A stretch of DNA of 64,000 nucleotides, from contig CALMAY010000038.1 of the NCBI GenBank assembly GCA_937861125.1, positions 126,921 through 190,920 on the forward strand. Direction: 5' to 3'. Of the stretch, positions 9,204 through 18,079 are shown piece after piece. Every line of letters starts with the position of its first letter. Within the stretch, counting starts at the first letter, position 1. Source of the DNA: an uncultured bacterium. GTDB lineage: Bacteria > Patescibacteriota > Patescibacteriia > Magasanikbacterales > UBA922. The position numbers were made by a program, and so were the translations under genes. Under the pieces are notes generated by a model, which saw only the letters and a program-made list of their open reading frames with translations, searched no databases and was not told the origin of the DNA.

Positions 9204-9246
9204 ACGCCCGGCTCGAGCATTCGAGTTCGGGCGTCTGCACTTTTGT
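9204..9246 (+). terminator. Intrinsic terminator
   Basis: ACGCCCGG-CTCGA-gcat-TCGAG-t-TCGGGCGT compound hairpin followed by CTGCACTTTTGTT. Confidence 0.6.
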
Positions 9247-9253
9247 TAGGGAT

Positions 9254-9873
9254 TTATATGATGATTGGATCGCCCAAAAACTTTGGTTCGCGTTTGAGAA
9301 TGTATATATCGAGCAAAAGCTTTACTCGAGCAGCGTATTCTCGGATATAAACCCTTGGTGCGATATGAAATGGTATCTCTGTAGTACTATACCCGACGAT
9401 ATCTATATCGTGGTGTCTACCAATAAACACCGCTCGTTCGTTTTGAAATTTCTGAGAGATAATTGTGTACGATGATTGACCAAACACTTCTTTGGCGCGG
9501 ATGACTGAATCGAGGGTACTAAAGCCAGCATAATCAAGTATAATATCTTGTTCTGCCACACCTTGCTCCATTAACGCTTCTTTCATGTCTTTGGGTTCAT
9601 TATACTGTGTCGTTCCATTATCTCCACTGACGAGTTTTTTTCAATTTTCTGTGCGTTGTAGGCTTCTACTGCTGTGTTGATGCGGGTAGTAAAAAATATG
9701 TTTGGCAGATCACTATGTGTTTTGGCTGTACCAAAGACTAGTCCTACTTTATTTGTTGGAAGTGTTTCTATCGAGTTATATAAAAATGGTTTTGTAGAGC
9801 GGACAACAAAAAAGTTGATTGTAAGTATGATGACAATCAACCAGAGGGATAATTTGAGAATCTTTTTAATCAT
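9254..9873 (-). pseudogene. sanA: SanA/YdcF (DUF218) family protein split into two ORFs by a frameshift in an A7 tract
   Basis: ORFs 9583-9873 and 9254-9586 are the N- and C-halves of SanA (VGLVFGTAK...; ILDYAGFSTLDS...IREYAARVKLLLDIYILKREPKFLG). Shifting -1 at the A7 tract (T7 at 9635-9641 on plus) restores LVSGDNGTTQYNEPKDM, the expected SanA motif. Confidence 0.75.
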
Positions 9874-10844
9874 AATACATTTCTGACGGCGGTTTTGACC
9901 TGTTCAGAAAATGTTCCGTTGAGAATCCACTCCAAATATCCACGGTCATTGCGGGCGAGCCAAACAAGAGTTTTCCCTTTATTTTTCCCAAAGTTAATTG
10001 CTAGCTCGCCGTTGATATATCGTAATTTTCCTTCGAGATCAAAGGCATCTGGATCAGGTGGGTAGCAGTAGAGTGCGAGTTCTGATGCACCTTTTGGCAC
10101 ATCACTGAGGATGAGGAGTTGGTGAGTCAAGACGTTGACCGTCGCGCGGATGTCGGCCATCGCTTCGTGTGCGTGTTCCATCTCGACTCCACAGTATTCC
10201 TGTACCGCACTAGAGAGTGTGCGAGTTTCTTTTTGTCGGTAGATACTCATTGGGTCGATGATACTGTTAGCGTCAATTGGTAATTCTAGTCCAATACGTT
10301 GGCATTCCTGGAGGAGGAGGGGAACGTCAAAGTTTTTGACATTGTATCCACCGATATAGACACCATCGAAGATGGTGACAATTTCTGAAGCAATCTCAGA
10401 AAATCGTGGTGCATCTTTGACCATTTCATCTGTAATACCGTGTACTGCTGCAGCACCTTCTGGAATTGGTATGCCTGGGTTGATAATCCATTCGTACTCT
10501 TTTTCTGTTCCATCAGCCTCTATTTTGACAATTGCGATTTCAACAATTTTGTCATTGTAGATATCTACACCAGTCGTTTCTAGGTCAAAAAAGACGATTG
10601 GTTTATCCAGTGTAAGTGTGTCTGTGAGGTGTGGTGTAAGTTTCGTAAAACGAGGAATCATCTGCCCATCATGCGTGGTGAGACCTTCAAATTCTGTCTT
10701 TGGTCGGACAAAACGAGTGCCACGCGGGAGATCGGGGGAGTTGTAGAGTGATTCGTAGATGACCACTTCACTGAGATCAGCCTCAAGAAGTGCGGTGGAG
10801 ATGACACGATAGAGTCCGCCTTTGTAGTGTTTGTATACTGACAT
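9870..10844 (-). CDS. DEDDh 3'-5' exonuclease (DNA polymerase III epsilon-like) with N-terminal DUF1653-like domain
   Basis: YKHYKGGLYRVI (DUF1653-like). Exo I motif VFFDLETTG. Exo III region HEAMADIRAT. Confidence 0.75.
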   Translation of the reverse strand: MSVYKHYKGGLYRVISTALLEADLSEVVIYESLYNSPDLPRGTRFVRPKTEFEGLTTHDGQMIPRFTKLTPHLTDTLTLDKPIVFFDLETTGVDIYNDKIVEIAIVKIEADGTEKEYEWIINPGIPIPEGAAAVHGITDEMVKDAPRFSEIASEIVTIFDGVYIGGYNVKNFDVPLLLQECQRIGLELPIDANSIIDPMSIYRQKETRTLSSAVQEYCGVEMEHAHEAMADIRATVNVLTHQLLILSDVPKGASELALYCYPPDPDAFDLEGKLRYINGELAINFGKNKGKTLVWLARNDRGYLEWILNGTFSEQVKTAVRNVL

Positions 10845-10856
10845 AGGAGTAGATTC

Positions 10857-11729
10857 CTACAATCGTTCAATCCAGTGTGGGTCAACTTCAACTTGGAGAT
10901 CAAGATAGATATTGCGTCCCAGTGCAGCTTCGAGCTCTTTGCGTGCCATGAGTCCGATTTCTTTTATCTTACTTCCGCCTGCGCCAATAATTACTTTTTT
11001 GTATCGTTCAGCTTCTGTGAGGATTCTTGCAGTAATAACAAGCATACCAGGTTTTCCAGTCACCGGGTCGTTTGGTTTTTGCTCCATATCATCTACCTCG
11101 ACGCTCATGGTATATGGTACTTCTTTTTCAAAAATAGAAAATATTTTTTCACGAATCAATTCTGCTACAAAAAAAGTGTCAGTCACATTGGTCAGTTGTT
11201 CACCCTCATACATTGGGTCACCCTCTGGGAGAAGTTCCATGATAGCTTCTTTGAGTGGTTCAATATGACTGGCTCGAAGTGCAGAGAGAGACAGTACTTT
11301 GTTAAAATCCTCAGCCATGGATTCGTAGTCTGGTTGGAATTCACGATTTCTTTTTGGAAGATCGCTTTTATTAATGACAAGGATTTTTGGAATATCTAGA
11401 TGTTTGATCAGTCCAATTACTGCGCGTTCTTCTGTCCCGATCTCTTTACCTGGGTCAACTACATAGACAATCACGTTGACACCTTCGAGTCCTTCTTTGA
11501 TACGGTTGTAGAGCTTGGCTGAGAGTGCGTTTTTGCGATCTTTAAACAATCCAGGCATATCGACAAAAACAGCTTGTCCTTCGGGGCGGTTCATGACACC
11601 GTGGATGATATGTCGAGTCATCTGGGCACGAAAACTCGTAGCGGCAATTTTGGTACCAACCAAGGTGTTCATGAGGGTCGATTTGCCGACGTTACTGCGG
11701 CCTACGAGAGCAACAAAACCAGATTTCAT
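10857..11729 (-). CDS. era: GTPase Era
   Basis: P-loop GRSNVGKST, DMPG, NKSD, C-terminal KH domain. ATG 11729 (MKSGFVALVG) is preferred over the longer ORF start 11804. Confidence 0.9.
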   Translation of the reverse strand: MKSGFVALVGRSNVGKSTLMNTLVGTKIAATSFRAQMTRHIIHGVMNRPEGQAVFVDMPGLFKDRKNALSAKLYNRIKEGLEGVNVIVYVVDPGKEIGTEERAVIGLIKHLDIPKILVINKSDLPKRNREFQPDYESMAEDFNKVLSLSALRASHIEPLKEAIMELLPEGDPMYEGEQLTNVTDTFFVAELIREKIFSIFEKEVPYTMSVEVDDMEQKPNDPVTGKPGMLVITARILTEAERYKKVIIGAGGSKIKEIGLMARKELEAALGRNIYLDLQVEVDPHWIERL

Positions 11730-11730
11730 A

Positions 11731-11805
11731 AATGCAGAATGATGAATGAGAAATGCAAAATGGTCAACTGGACATTTTGCATTTGATAATTTTGAATTCT
11801 GCATT
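11731..11805. repeat. Nested inverted repeats in the era/pyrG divergent region
   Basis: Outer 10-bp IR AATGCAGAAT (11731-11740) / ATTCTGCATT (11796-11805). Inner 12+2-bp IR AAATGCAAAATG(G)TC (11751-11765) / GACATTTTGCATTT (11771-11784). Confidence 0.8.
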
Positions 11806-11820
11806 CAGAATACCACGTTC

Positions 11821-11849
11821 TTGCCTTTTTTACAAGCTCAGTGTATACT
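11821..11849 (+). promoter_or_regulatory. Sigma-70-like promoter for the pyrG leader
   Basis: TTGCCT (11821-11826), 17-nt spacer, TATACT (11844-11849). Confidence 0.5.
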
Positions 11850-11957
11850 ACGACAACGTATGGAAAGAATCACAAAAACAGTATCTGTTTTGTTCACATA
11901 CGGCAATGCCGGTGTGTTCGCATCTCTCCATCGTTCATTTGTTTGAATCATATAAAT

Positions 11958-11990
11958 CTCCCGTTCGTGGGAGCTTTATTTTTTTGTTTT
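11958..11990 (+). terminator. Intrinsic terminator-like hairpin in the pyrG 5' leader (candidate attenuator)
   Basis: CTCCC-gttcgt-GGGAG followed by CTTTATTTTTTTGTTTTTTTG. It ends 7 nt before the pyrG ATG. Confidence 0.55.
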
Positions 11991-11996
11991 TTTGAT

Positions 11997-13625
11997 ATGA
12001 AAAAGAAAATCCAACCAAAATTTATTTTTGTGGTCGGTGGTGTACTCTCCGGTGTTGGGAAAGGTATTACTACTGCTTCTTTGGGTGCTATTATGCAGGC
12101 CAAAGGATTTTCTGTGACCGCTCTCAAGGCTGATCCATATATCAATGTAGATGCGGGTACCATGAATCCGATTGAACATGGTGAGGTGTTTGTGCTCCCA
12201 GATGGAGATGAGACAGATCAAGATATGGGCAACTATGAACGATTTCTCAATATTGATCTAACCAGTGAGAATTACATGACAACAGGTCGTGTGTATAAGA
12301 CGGTGATTGAGGCGGAGCGTGCTATGAAATACAAGGGGAAATGTGTACAGGTGGTTCCACATATTCCAGAGGAAATTATTTCTCGTATACGACATGCTGT
12401 TCAAAAAAATAACGCCGATATCGCGATTATGGAGATTGGCGGTACCGTGGGTGAGTATGAAAATATTCTCTTTTTGGAGGCCGTACGTATGTTGAAATTG
12501 GAGGCACCTGATGATGTGGCCGTGGTGCTCGTGAGCTATCTTCCAGTCCCAAGTCATTTGGGTGAAATGAAGACCAAACCAACACAACACGCGTCACGTG
12601 CACTCAATAGTGCAGGGCTTCAGGCAGATATGATTATTGCACGATCTCGTGAAGTAATGGATAAACCACGCCGTGAAAAACTCGCAGCGTTTTGTGGTGT
12701 ACGCAAGGATGCCGTTATTTCTGCTCCGGATGTAGAAACTATTTATCATATTCCAACCATATTTGAAGAGCAGGGGGTAGGTAATATGCTTTTGGAAACG
12801 CTCGGTATGAAGAAAAAATCAACTGATCTTTCTTTTTGGAAAGATTTTTCTCATCGAGTCATGCACCCAAAAAAGACGGTAAAAATTGCTGTGGTAGGAA
12901 AGTATTTTGGCACAGGAAATTATACACTTGCTGATTCCTATATCTCTGTTATTGAAGCACTCAAGCATGCTGCAGCATTTCACATGATCAAAGCAGAGCT
13001 GGATTGGGTAGACTCTGAAGAGTTTGAAAAGAGTCCCAAGGCAGTTGAACGTCTCAGGGAGTATGATGGAGTAATTGTTCCTGGTGGATTTGGGACGCGT
13101 GGTATTGAGGGAATTATCAATACGATTCGTTATGCTCGTGAGAAAAAGATCCCGTACTTTGGGCTCTGTTATGGTATGCAGTTGGCAACGGTAGAATTTG
13201 TTCGTAATGTGGTCGGGAAAAAAGATGCGCATACAGTTGAGGTCAATCCAAAAACCACAAATCCAATCATTCATATCAATCCAAATCAAGCTAAAAATGT
13301 GAGTGAAAATCGTTATGGTGGCACGATGCGTCTGGGATCATACGATTGTTCTCTTGCAAAAGGAAGTATCTCGCGTAAAGCGTATGGTAGCGATCTGATT
13401 TCAGAGCGCCATCGTCATCGCTATGAGTTCAACAATGAGTATCGTGAACTGATTGAAGCAAAAGGAATGCGTATTGCAGGAATCAACGATGCGACCAATC
13501 TCGTTGAGATTGTGGAGATCAAAGATCATCCGTTCTTTGTGGGTGTCCAGTTTCATCCAGAGTTTCTCTCTCGTCCGATGAGACCACATCCTCTCTTTGT
13601 CGAGTTTGTTAATGCGTGTAAGTAG
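11997..13625 (+). CDS. pyrG: CTP synthase
   Basis: KFIFVVGGVLSGVGKGITTASLG N-terminus. Glutamine amidotransferase motif GLCYGMQ and HRHRYE. ATG 11997 chosen; the upstream ORF extension covers the leader/terminator. Confidence 0.95.
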   Translation: MKKKIQPKFIFVVGGVLSGVGKGITTASLGAIMQAKGFSVTALKADPYINVDAGTMNPIEHGEVFVLPDGDETDQDMGNYERFLNIDLTSENYMTTGRVYKTVIEAERAMKYKGKCVQVVPHIPEEIISRIRHAVQKNNADIAIMEIGGTVGEYENILFLEAVRMLKLEAPDDVAVVLVSYLPVPSHLGEMKTKPTQHASRALNSAGLQADMIIARSREVMDKPRREKLAAFCGVRKDAVISAPDVETIYHIPTIFEEQGVGNMLLETLGMKKKSTDLSFWKDFSHRVMHPKKTVKIAVVGKYFGTGNYTLADSYISVIEALKHAAAFHMIKAELDWVDSEEFEKSPKAVERLREYDGVIVPGGFGTRGIEGIINTIRYAREKKIPYFGLCYGMQLATVEFVRNVVGKKDAHTVEVNPKTTNPIIHINPNQAKNVSENRYGGTMRLGSYDCSLAKGSISRKAYGSDLISERHRHRYEFNNEYRELIEAKGMRIAGINDATNLVEIVEIKDHPFFVGVQFHPEFLSRPMRPHPLFVEFVNACK

Positions 13626-13640
13626 TATAGAGTATAGTTT

Positions 13641-13666
13641 AAAAAACACCCGAGAGGGTGTTTTTT
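13641..13666. terminator. Bidirectional intrinsic terminator (pyrG / HNH gene convergent)
   Basis: AAAAAA-CACCC-gaga-GGGTG-TTTTTT. Confidence 0.8.
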
Positions 13667-13707
13667 AATATGGGTATTTATTTAAAATTAGGAGAATAGA
13701 AATTTTT

Positions 13708-14412
13708 TTATTCTATTTTATTAGACTTCGATAGATTATGTCTCGCACACAGTATTTTAACGTTATCTGCAGATATACTTGTGCCACCTTTGGAATATGG
13801 TAGATCATGATCGAAGTGAAGTTCGTCAGTTGATCTACATAAGACACACCTGCCCTGATCTCTCTCCCACACGATTCTTTTGATCTCAGTTGGAATAACA
13901 CGTGTTCGTGGTTTCAATTTATTTTCAGTTAGATGATTATTTGAAAAGTCAATTTCAGTTTCTTCTAGTATAAAACGCAAAACATGTCTATTTCCATCAT
14001 TTACCACTCTGTAGTTGATCAATTTAAAAAAACCTTTTTCTGACCATATGCCTGGGAGAATTTTTTCATAGACCCGCACTATCTCTGGTAGTCTTTGTTC
14101 CTTCTTGTACTGTTTGACTGCCTGCACGAAGTAACCGTTTTGTGTAAGTGTTCCTGTTTTTGTTTTAACTGGCTGGTCTAGTTTTTTTGGATCCACAACG
14201 GAAGCAGTTTTTGGTGTATCATGGCCTTCATATTCGATAGTTATTCCATCGTCATAAATTTTATCTGTGTAGGGGGCGTTTGATCTTTGAGACATTAAAA
14301 TAACTGAATATTCTGCATTCATTCTATAATTCATTCCTCGTTGTAGAGTCTGAACTTTTTCTGTATCGCACATCTCTCTATATGATAATATTTTATCTTT
14401 CATATCTATCAA
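13708..14412 (-). CDS. HNH endonuclease with N-terminal SRA/PUA-like domain (candidate type IV modification-dependent restriction enzyme)
   Basis: C-terminal HNH motif CVLCRSTDELHFDHDLPYSKGG...NVKILCARHN. The N-terminal pattern YEGHD...DQ...TQNG...VRVYEK...G.FKL...RFILE resembles SRA (YDG) domains. The gene is visibly AT-rich. Confidence 0.6.
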   Translation of the reverse strand: MIDMKDKILSYREMCDTEKVQTLQRGMNYRMNAEYSVILMSQRSNAPYTDKIYDDGITIEYEGHDTPKTASVVDPKKLDQPVKTKTGTLTQNGYFVQAVKQYKKEQRLPEIVRVYEKILPGIWSEKGFFKLINYRVVNDGNRHVLRFILEETEIDFSNNHLTENKLKPRTRVIPTEIKRIVWERDQGRCVLCRSTDELHFDHDLPYSKGGTSISADNVKILCARHNLSKSNKIE

Positions 14413-14426
14413 ATATGTAGTTTAAT

Positions 14427-15788
14427 TTACACCAGTTCCTGTCCCTCACTCGTATCTTTCACCTCAAACCCACGTGCTTTTATCTCATCGCGTAGTCGGT
14501 CACTCTCTGCCCAATCTCTATTGTCACGAGCAGCACCACGCATTGTGAGGAGTTCTTGGATTTCTGGTGGAATGTCTCGTGTTACTTCTGTCTCAACTTT
14601 GTGTAAATCAAGACCAAGAATTTTATCAAACTCAATAACAGTCTGTGTACTGATGGTTCCGTCGTTCAGACCGCCCCAGAGTACTGCAAGTGCTGAGGCG
14701 GTATTGAGGTCATCAGCGAGCGCATCGTAGAACTCTTGCTCTACATGGTGATTTGCTTGGATATCCGAGAGGCTTGCTACTGTTTTACGAAGTCGTTTGA
14801 GTCCAGTAGATGCAGCGTCAAGTGCCTCCCAGCTAAATGCGAGTTGTTTGCGATAATGTGCCTGAAGGAGGAAATAGCGGTAGGCGAGTGGGTCGTAGCC
14901 TTTTTCTATAAGTGTTTGAATCGTGAGAAAATTATCTCCTGATTTGCCCATTTTTTCACCTGTTTCAATGGTCAAAAATTCTCCATGCATCCAGAAGTTC
15001 ACTGATGGGGATTTTCCTGTCACCGCTTCAGTCTGAGCAATTTCATTGGTGTGGTGTACCGGGACGTGGTCAATACCACCACAGTGGATATCAAACTGAT
15101 CACCGAGATATTTGCGTGCCATGGCACTACACTCGATATGCCAACCAGGGAATCCTTTGCGACCAAAGGCATCCCATTCCATCTGTCGTGATTCACCCTC
15201 TTTTGAAAATTTCCATAAAGCAAAATCGTTTGGGTGTTTTTTTTCTCCCATGTCTACACGTGCACCTGCTTCGAGTGTTTGGTTTTTGAGATTTGCCATC
15301 TCTCCATAGGATGGAAATTTGGTCGTGTCAAAGTAAATACCATCTGATGTTTCGTAGGTATATCCTGTATCGATTAATGCTTGAACCATTTCAACTTGTT
15401 CTGAAATATGATCGGTCGCTTTGCACCAGATCGTTGGTTCTTCAATGTTGAGTACGGCAATATCGCGCTGAAATGCCTCAGTATAAAACTGGGCCACATC
15501 CCACGCTGTCTTTCCTTCACGTCGAGCGCCTTTTTCCATTTTATCTTCACCGCTATCTGCATCATCTGTGAGGTGTCCTACGTCGGTGATATTCATGACA
15601 TGGTTGACATGGTGGCCAGCATGTTTGAGTGTGCGCTTGAGAATATCTTCAAAGATGTAGGTGCGGAGGTTGCCGATGTGAGCATAGTGATACACAGTAG
15701 GGCCACAGGTATAGAGTCTAACATTGTTTCCGTTGATTGGTTTAAAGGCTTCTTTTGTTTTTGTGCGAGTATTATAGAGATGAATCAT
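14427..15788 (-). CDS. cysS: Cysteine--tRNA ligase
   Basis: CGPTVYHYAHIGNLRTY (HIGH region), KMGKSGDN (KMSKS). Confidence 0.95.
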   Translation of the reverse strand: MIHLYNTRTKTKEAFKPINGNNVRLYTCGPTVYHYAHIGNLRTYIFEDILKRTLKHAGHHVNHVMNITDVGHLTDDADSGEDKMEKGARREGKTAWDVAQFYTEAFQRDIAVLNIEEPTIWCKATDHISEQVEMVQALIDTGYTYETSDGIYFDTTKFPSYGEMANLKNQTLEAGARVDMGEKKHPNDFALWKFSKEGESRQMEWDAFGRKGFPGWHIECSAMARKYLGDQFDIHCGGIDHVPVHHTNEIAQTEAVTGKSPSVNFWMHGEFLTIETGEKMGKSGDNFLTIQTLIEKGYDPLAYRYFLLQAHYRKQLAFSWEALDAASTGLKRLRKTVASLSDIQANHHVEQEFYDALADDLNTASALAVLWGGLNDGTISTQTVIEFDKILGLDLHKVETEVTRDIPPEIQELLTMRGAARDNRDWAESDRLRDEIKARGFEVKDTSEGQELV

Positions 15789-15888
15789 AGAGTTTGGTGT
15801 TTCTGTCTTGTTTCTTTGAATTTTTTGAAGAGTTTATCCTTTTTCATACTATCATTTCTGTGATAAACTATCAACAGTTCTAGAAATG

Positions 15889-15897
15889 TGCTATAAT
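15889..15897 (+). promoter_or_regulatory. Extended -10 box TGcTATAAT, 9 nt upstream of the pilM ATG
   Basis: TG at 15889-15890, TATAAT at 15892-15897, ATG at 15907. No SD in between. Confidence 0.5.
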
Positions 15898-15906
15898 GAA
15901 ATTATT

Positions 15907-17028
15907 ATGGGTTTATTTTCCAAAACTGAAAGTTATCTCGGCGTCGATATTGGTGCACATGGCATCAAGCTTGTTGAGTTGCACAATGTCAAAGGGCGTC
16001 CACAACTTTGGACGTACGGTATTTTGGACAAAAAATTTGACATTCATGCACCGAGTACGGATAGTCTCGTGCTACCGGATCGATCCGAACAAGCTCGGCT
16101 CGCTATCGAGACGGCGGAGTCAGAACACATAGCGTTTGATGAGGTGCGTGTGGATGAATATGCTGGTATGCTCAAAGAATTACTCAAGCAGTCCAAAGTG
16201 ACGACAAAACGGGTTACAGCGAGTTTACCTGTGTCGTATGTGTTCCATTCGATTGTAACATTGCCGCTGATTGAAGAAAAACAACGCACACCTATTATTG
16301 TCGCAGAGGTAAGTAAGCTTGTATCTCAGCCTGCAAGTGAACTACAAGTAATCTATCAACTATTACCAACTACAGAAAAAGATCCAAAATTTCAGCGTTT
16401 TTTGGTGACATCTGCTCCAAAATCCATTGTGGCATTTTATACATCTATTTTTCAAAAAGCTGGACTGGAGTTGGCGGAATTAGAAACCGAAGCGTTTGCG
16501 GTGGAGCGTTCGTTGGTGGGTAAAGATACGACGACAACGATGGTTGTGGATATGGGTGCTGAGCGTACCAATTTCTTTATTATCGATAATGGATTACCAA
16601 TGACGCATCGTAGTATTCAAATGGGTGGGGATGCAATTGAGGATATTTTGACGACAACATTTGGGATAGAAGATGTGACGGGGCAGTTGATGCGTGATGT
16701 TGCTCGTCTCTCAGCCGACAAGATTCCACCCGAATTGTTTGCCAAGGTGCTCAATCCGATTCTCAAAGAAGTGGAGTACAATTTTGATATGTACTTACAG
16801 CAAACAGGAAATGAAGAAAAACGCCCACAAAAAATTGTGATTACCGGTGGTGCTGGTATGTTTCCATTGATACAAAAAAGTTTACAAGAGGCGTTTAATG
16901 TCAAAGTATTTATTGGGGATCCGTGGGCACGTGTCGTGTATCAGCAGAGTTTACGTCCTTCGTTGGCTGCGATTGGGCCACGTATGGCTGCTTCAATTGG
17001 TTTAGCATTGCGTCATTTTACTCAGTGA
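15907..17028 (+). CDS. pilM: Type IV pilus assembly ATPase-like protein PilM
   Basis: GLFSKTESYLGVDIGAHGIKLVEL actin-like N-terminus and overall PilM length. Confidence 0.8.
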   Translation: MGLFSKTESYLGVDIGAHGIKLVELHNVKGRPQLWTYGILDKKFDIHAPSTDSLVLPDRSEQARLAIETAESEHIAFDEVRVDEYAGMLKELLKQSKVTTKRVTASLPVSYVFHSIVTLPLIEEKQRTPIIVAEVSKLVSQPASELQVIYQLLPTTEKDPKFQRFLVTSAPKSIVAFYTSIFQKAGLELAELETEAFAVERSLVGKDTTTTMVVDMGAERTNFFIIDNGLPMTHRSIQMGGDAIEDILTTTFGIEDVTGQLMRDVARLSADKIPPELFAKVLNPILKEVEYNFDMYLQQTGNEEKRPQKIVITGGAGMFPLIQKSLQEAFNVKVFIGDPWARVVYQQSLRPSLAAIGPRMAASIGLALRHFTQ

Positions 17029-17116
17029 TGTTATGATGAGTTATCCACATCTGTCTCGCACTAACAATATGGCTGTGGTATAGTGTATATACGTAATATT
17101 TATAAAATAACTATAT

Positions 17117-17494
17117 ATGGCAGAACAAATCCACGTGTTGCTTGTCGAAGATGATGCTTTTTTGTCAAACATCTACAAGACGAAGTTGGAAATGGAGGGC
17201 TATAAAGTAACGACTGCTGATAACGGAGAATCAGCATGGCAACAAGCAGGACAAAAAAATCCTGACATTATCCTTTTGGATGTGTTGTTACCAAAACTTG
17301 ATGGTTTTGGTGTTTTAGAAAAACTCAAATCTGACCCTAAAACAGTTAATATTCCAGTTATGATGTTGACCAATTTGGGTCAAAAAGATGACGTTGAGCG
17401 CGGGCTCAAGGGTGGTGCAGTAGATTATCTGATCAAAGCTCATTTCAAACCATCAGAAGTGGTAGAAAAGATTCGCAAGATTTTGGGTAAATAA
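17117..17494 (+). CDS. Stand-alone response regulator receiver (CheY-like)
   Basis: VLLVEDD, ILLDVLLPKLDG (phospho-acceptor Asp), LTNLG, DYLIKA. Confidence 0.85.
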   Translation: MAEQIHVLLVEDDAFLSNIYKTKLEMEGYKVTTADNGESAWQQAGQKNPDIILLDVLLPKLDGFGVLEKLKSDPKTVNIPVMMLTNLGQKDDVERGLKGGAVDYLIKAHFKPSEVVEKIRKILGK

Positions 17495-17544
17495 ATTTGA
17501 AGGTCTATTATGTTACTTTTGGCTTTGAAAGGGGGTGAATACAC

Positions 17545-17976
17545 ATGAACAAAAAAGGTTTTACACTTATTGAGTTGCTCGTTGTTATCGCTATCATCGG
17601 TCTTTTGTCTACACTCGCAGTCGTCGCACTTGGCTCTGCACGTGAAAAAAGTCGTGATGCAAAACGCGTTTCTGACATTCGTCAGATTCAAACAGCGCTT
17701 GAGTTGTACTATGCTGACAATAATGCATATCCAGCTGGGAGCGGTATTGTACTCGGTACAACAAACTATGCATGTTTGAACGCTTCTGGATTCACTACAG
17801 CAAACTGTGCTTCTCCATATATGGGAGTAGTTCCAAGTGATCCATCATCAAACTCATACACCTATACTGTTGCATCTAGTACCACTGCATACACATTGAC
17901 CGCTACGCTCGAAGGAGCTGTCGGCAATTTGGCTGCTGGTGCTGTCACTGCTACACAAAATGGTCTCTCAAACTAA
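17545..17976 (+). CDS. Type IV pilin / pseudopilin (prepilin N-terminal cleavage-methylation domain)
   Basis: [21 protein letters not shown] signature. Strong SD AAGGGGGTGA 7 nt upstream. Confidence 0.9.
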   Translation: MNKKGFTLIELLVVIAIIGLLSTLAVVALGSAREKSRDAKRVSDIRQIQTALELYYADNNAYPAGSGIVLGTTNYACLNASGFTTANCASPYMGVVPSDPSSNSYTYTVASSTTAYTLTATLEGAVGNLAAGAVTATQNGLSN

Positions 17977-17996
17977 TGTCGTGGATAGAGAGAAAA

Positions 17997-18027
17997 ACAT
18001 CCCTGAAATATGGGGTGTTTTTGTTTC
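17997..18027 (+). terminator. Intrinsic terminator after the pilin gene
   Basis: ACATCCC-tgaaatat-GGGGTGT (one G-U pair), then TTTTGTTTC. Confidence 0.65.
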
Positions 18028-18079
18028 TCGTGTATCCGTTGGTGCTATGAGTGGGTAGGTTGTTTTTGTCTGTGGCTCG

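Noticed and set aside
11841-11996. 52-codon N-terminal extension of the pyrG ORF in the six-frame track.
   Set aside because: The extension is Cys/Phe-rich nonsense, contains the leader terminator hairpin and T-run, and conserved PyrG begins at MKKKIQPKFIFVVGG (ATG 11997).
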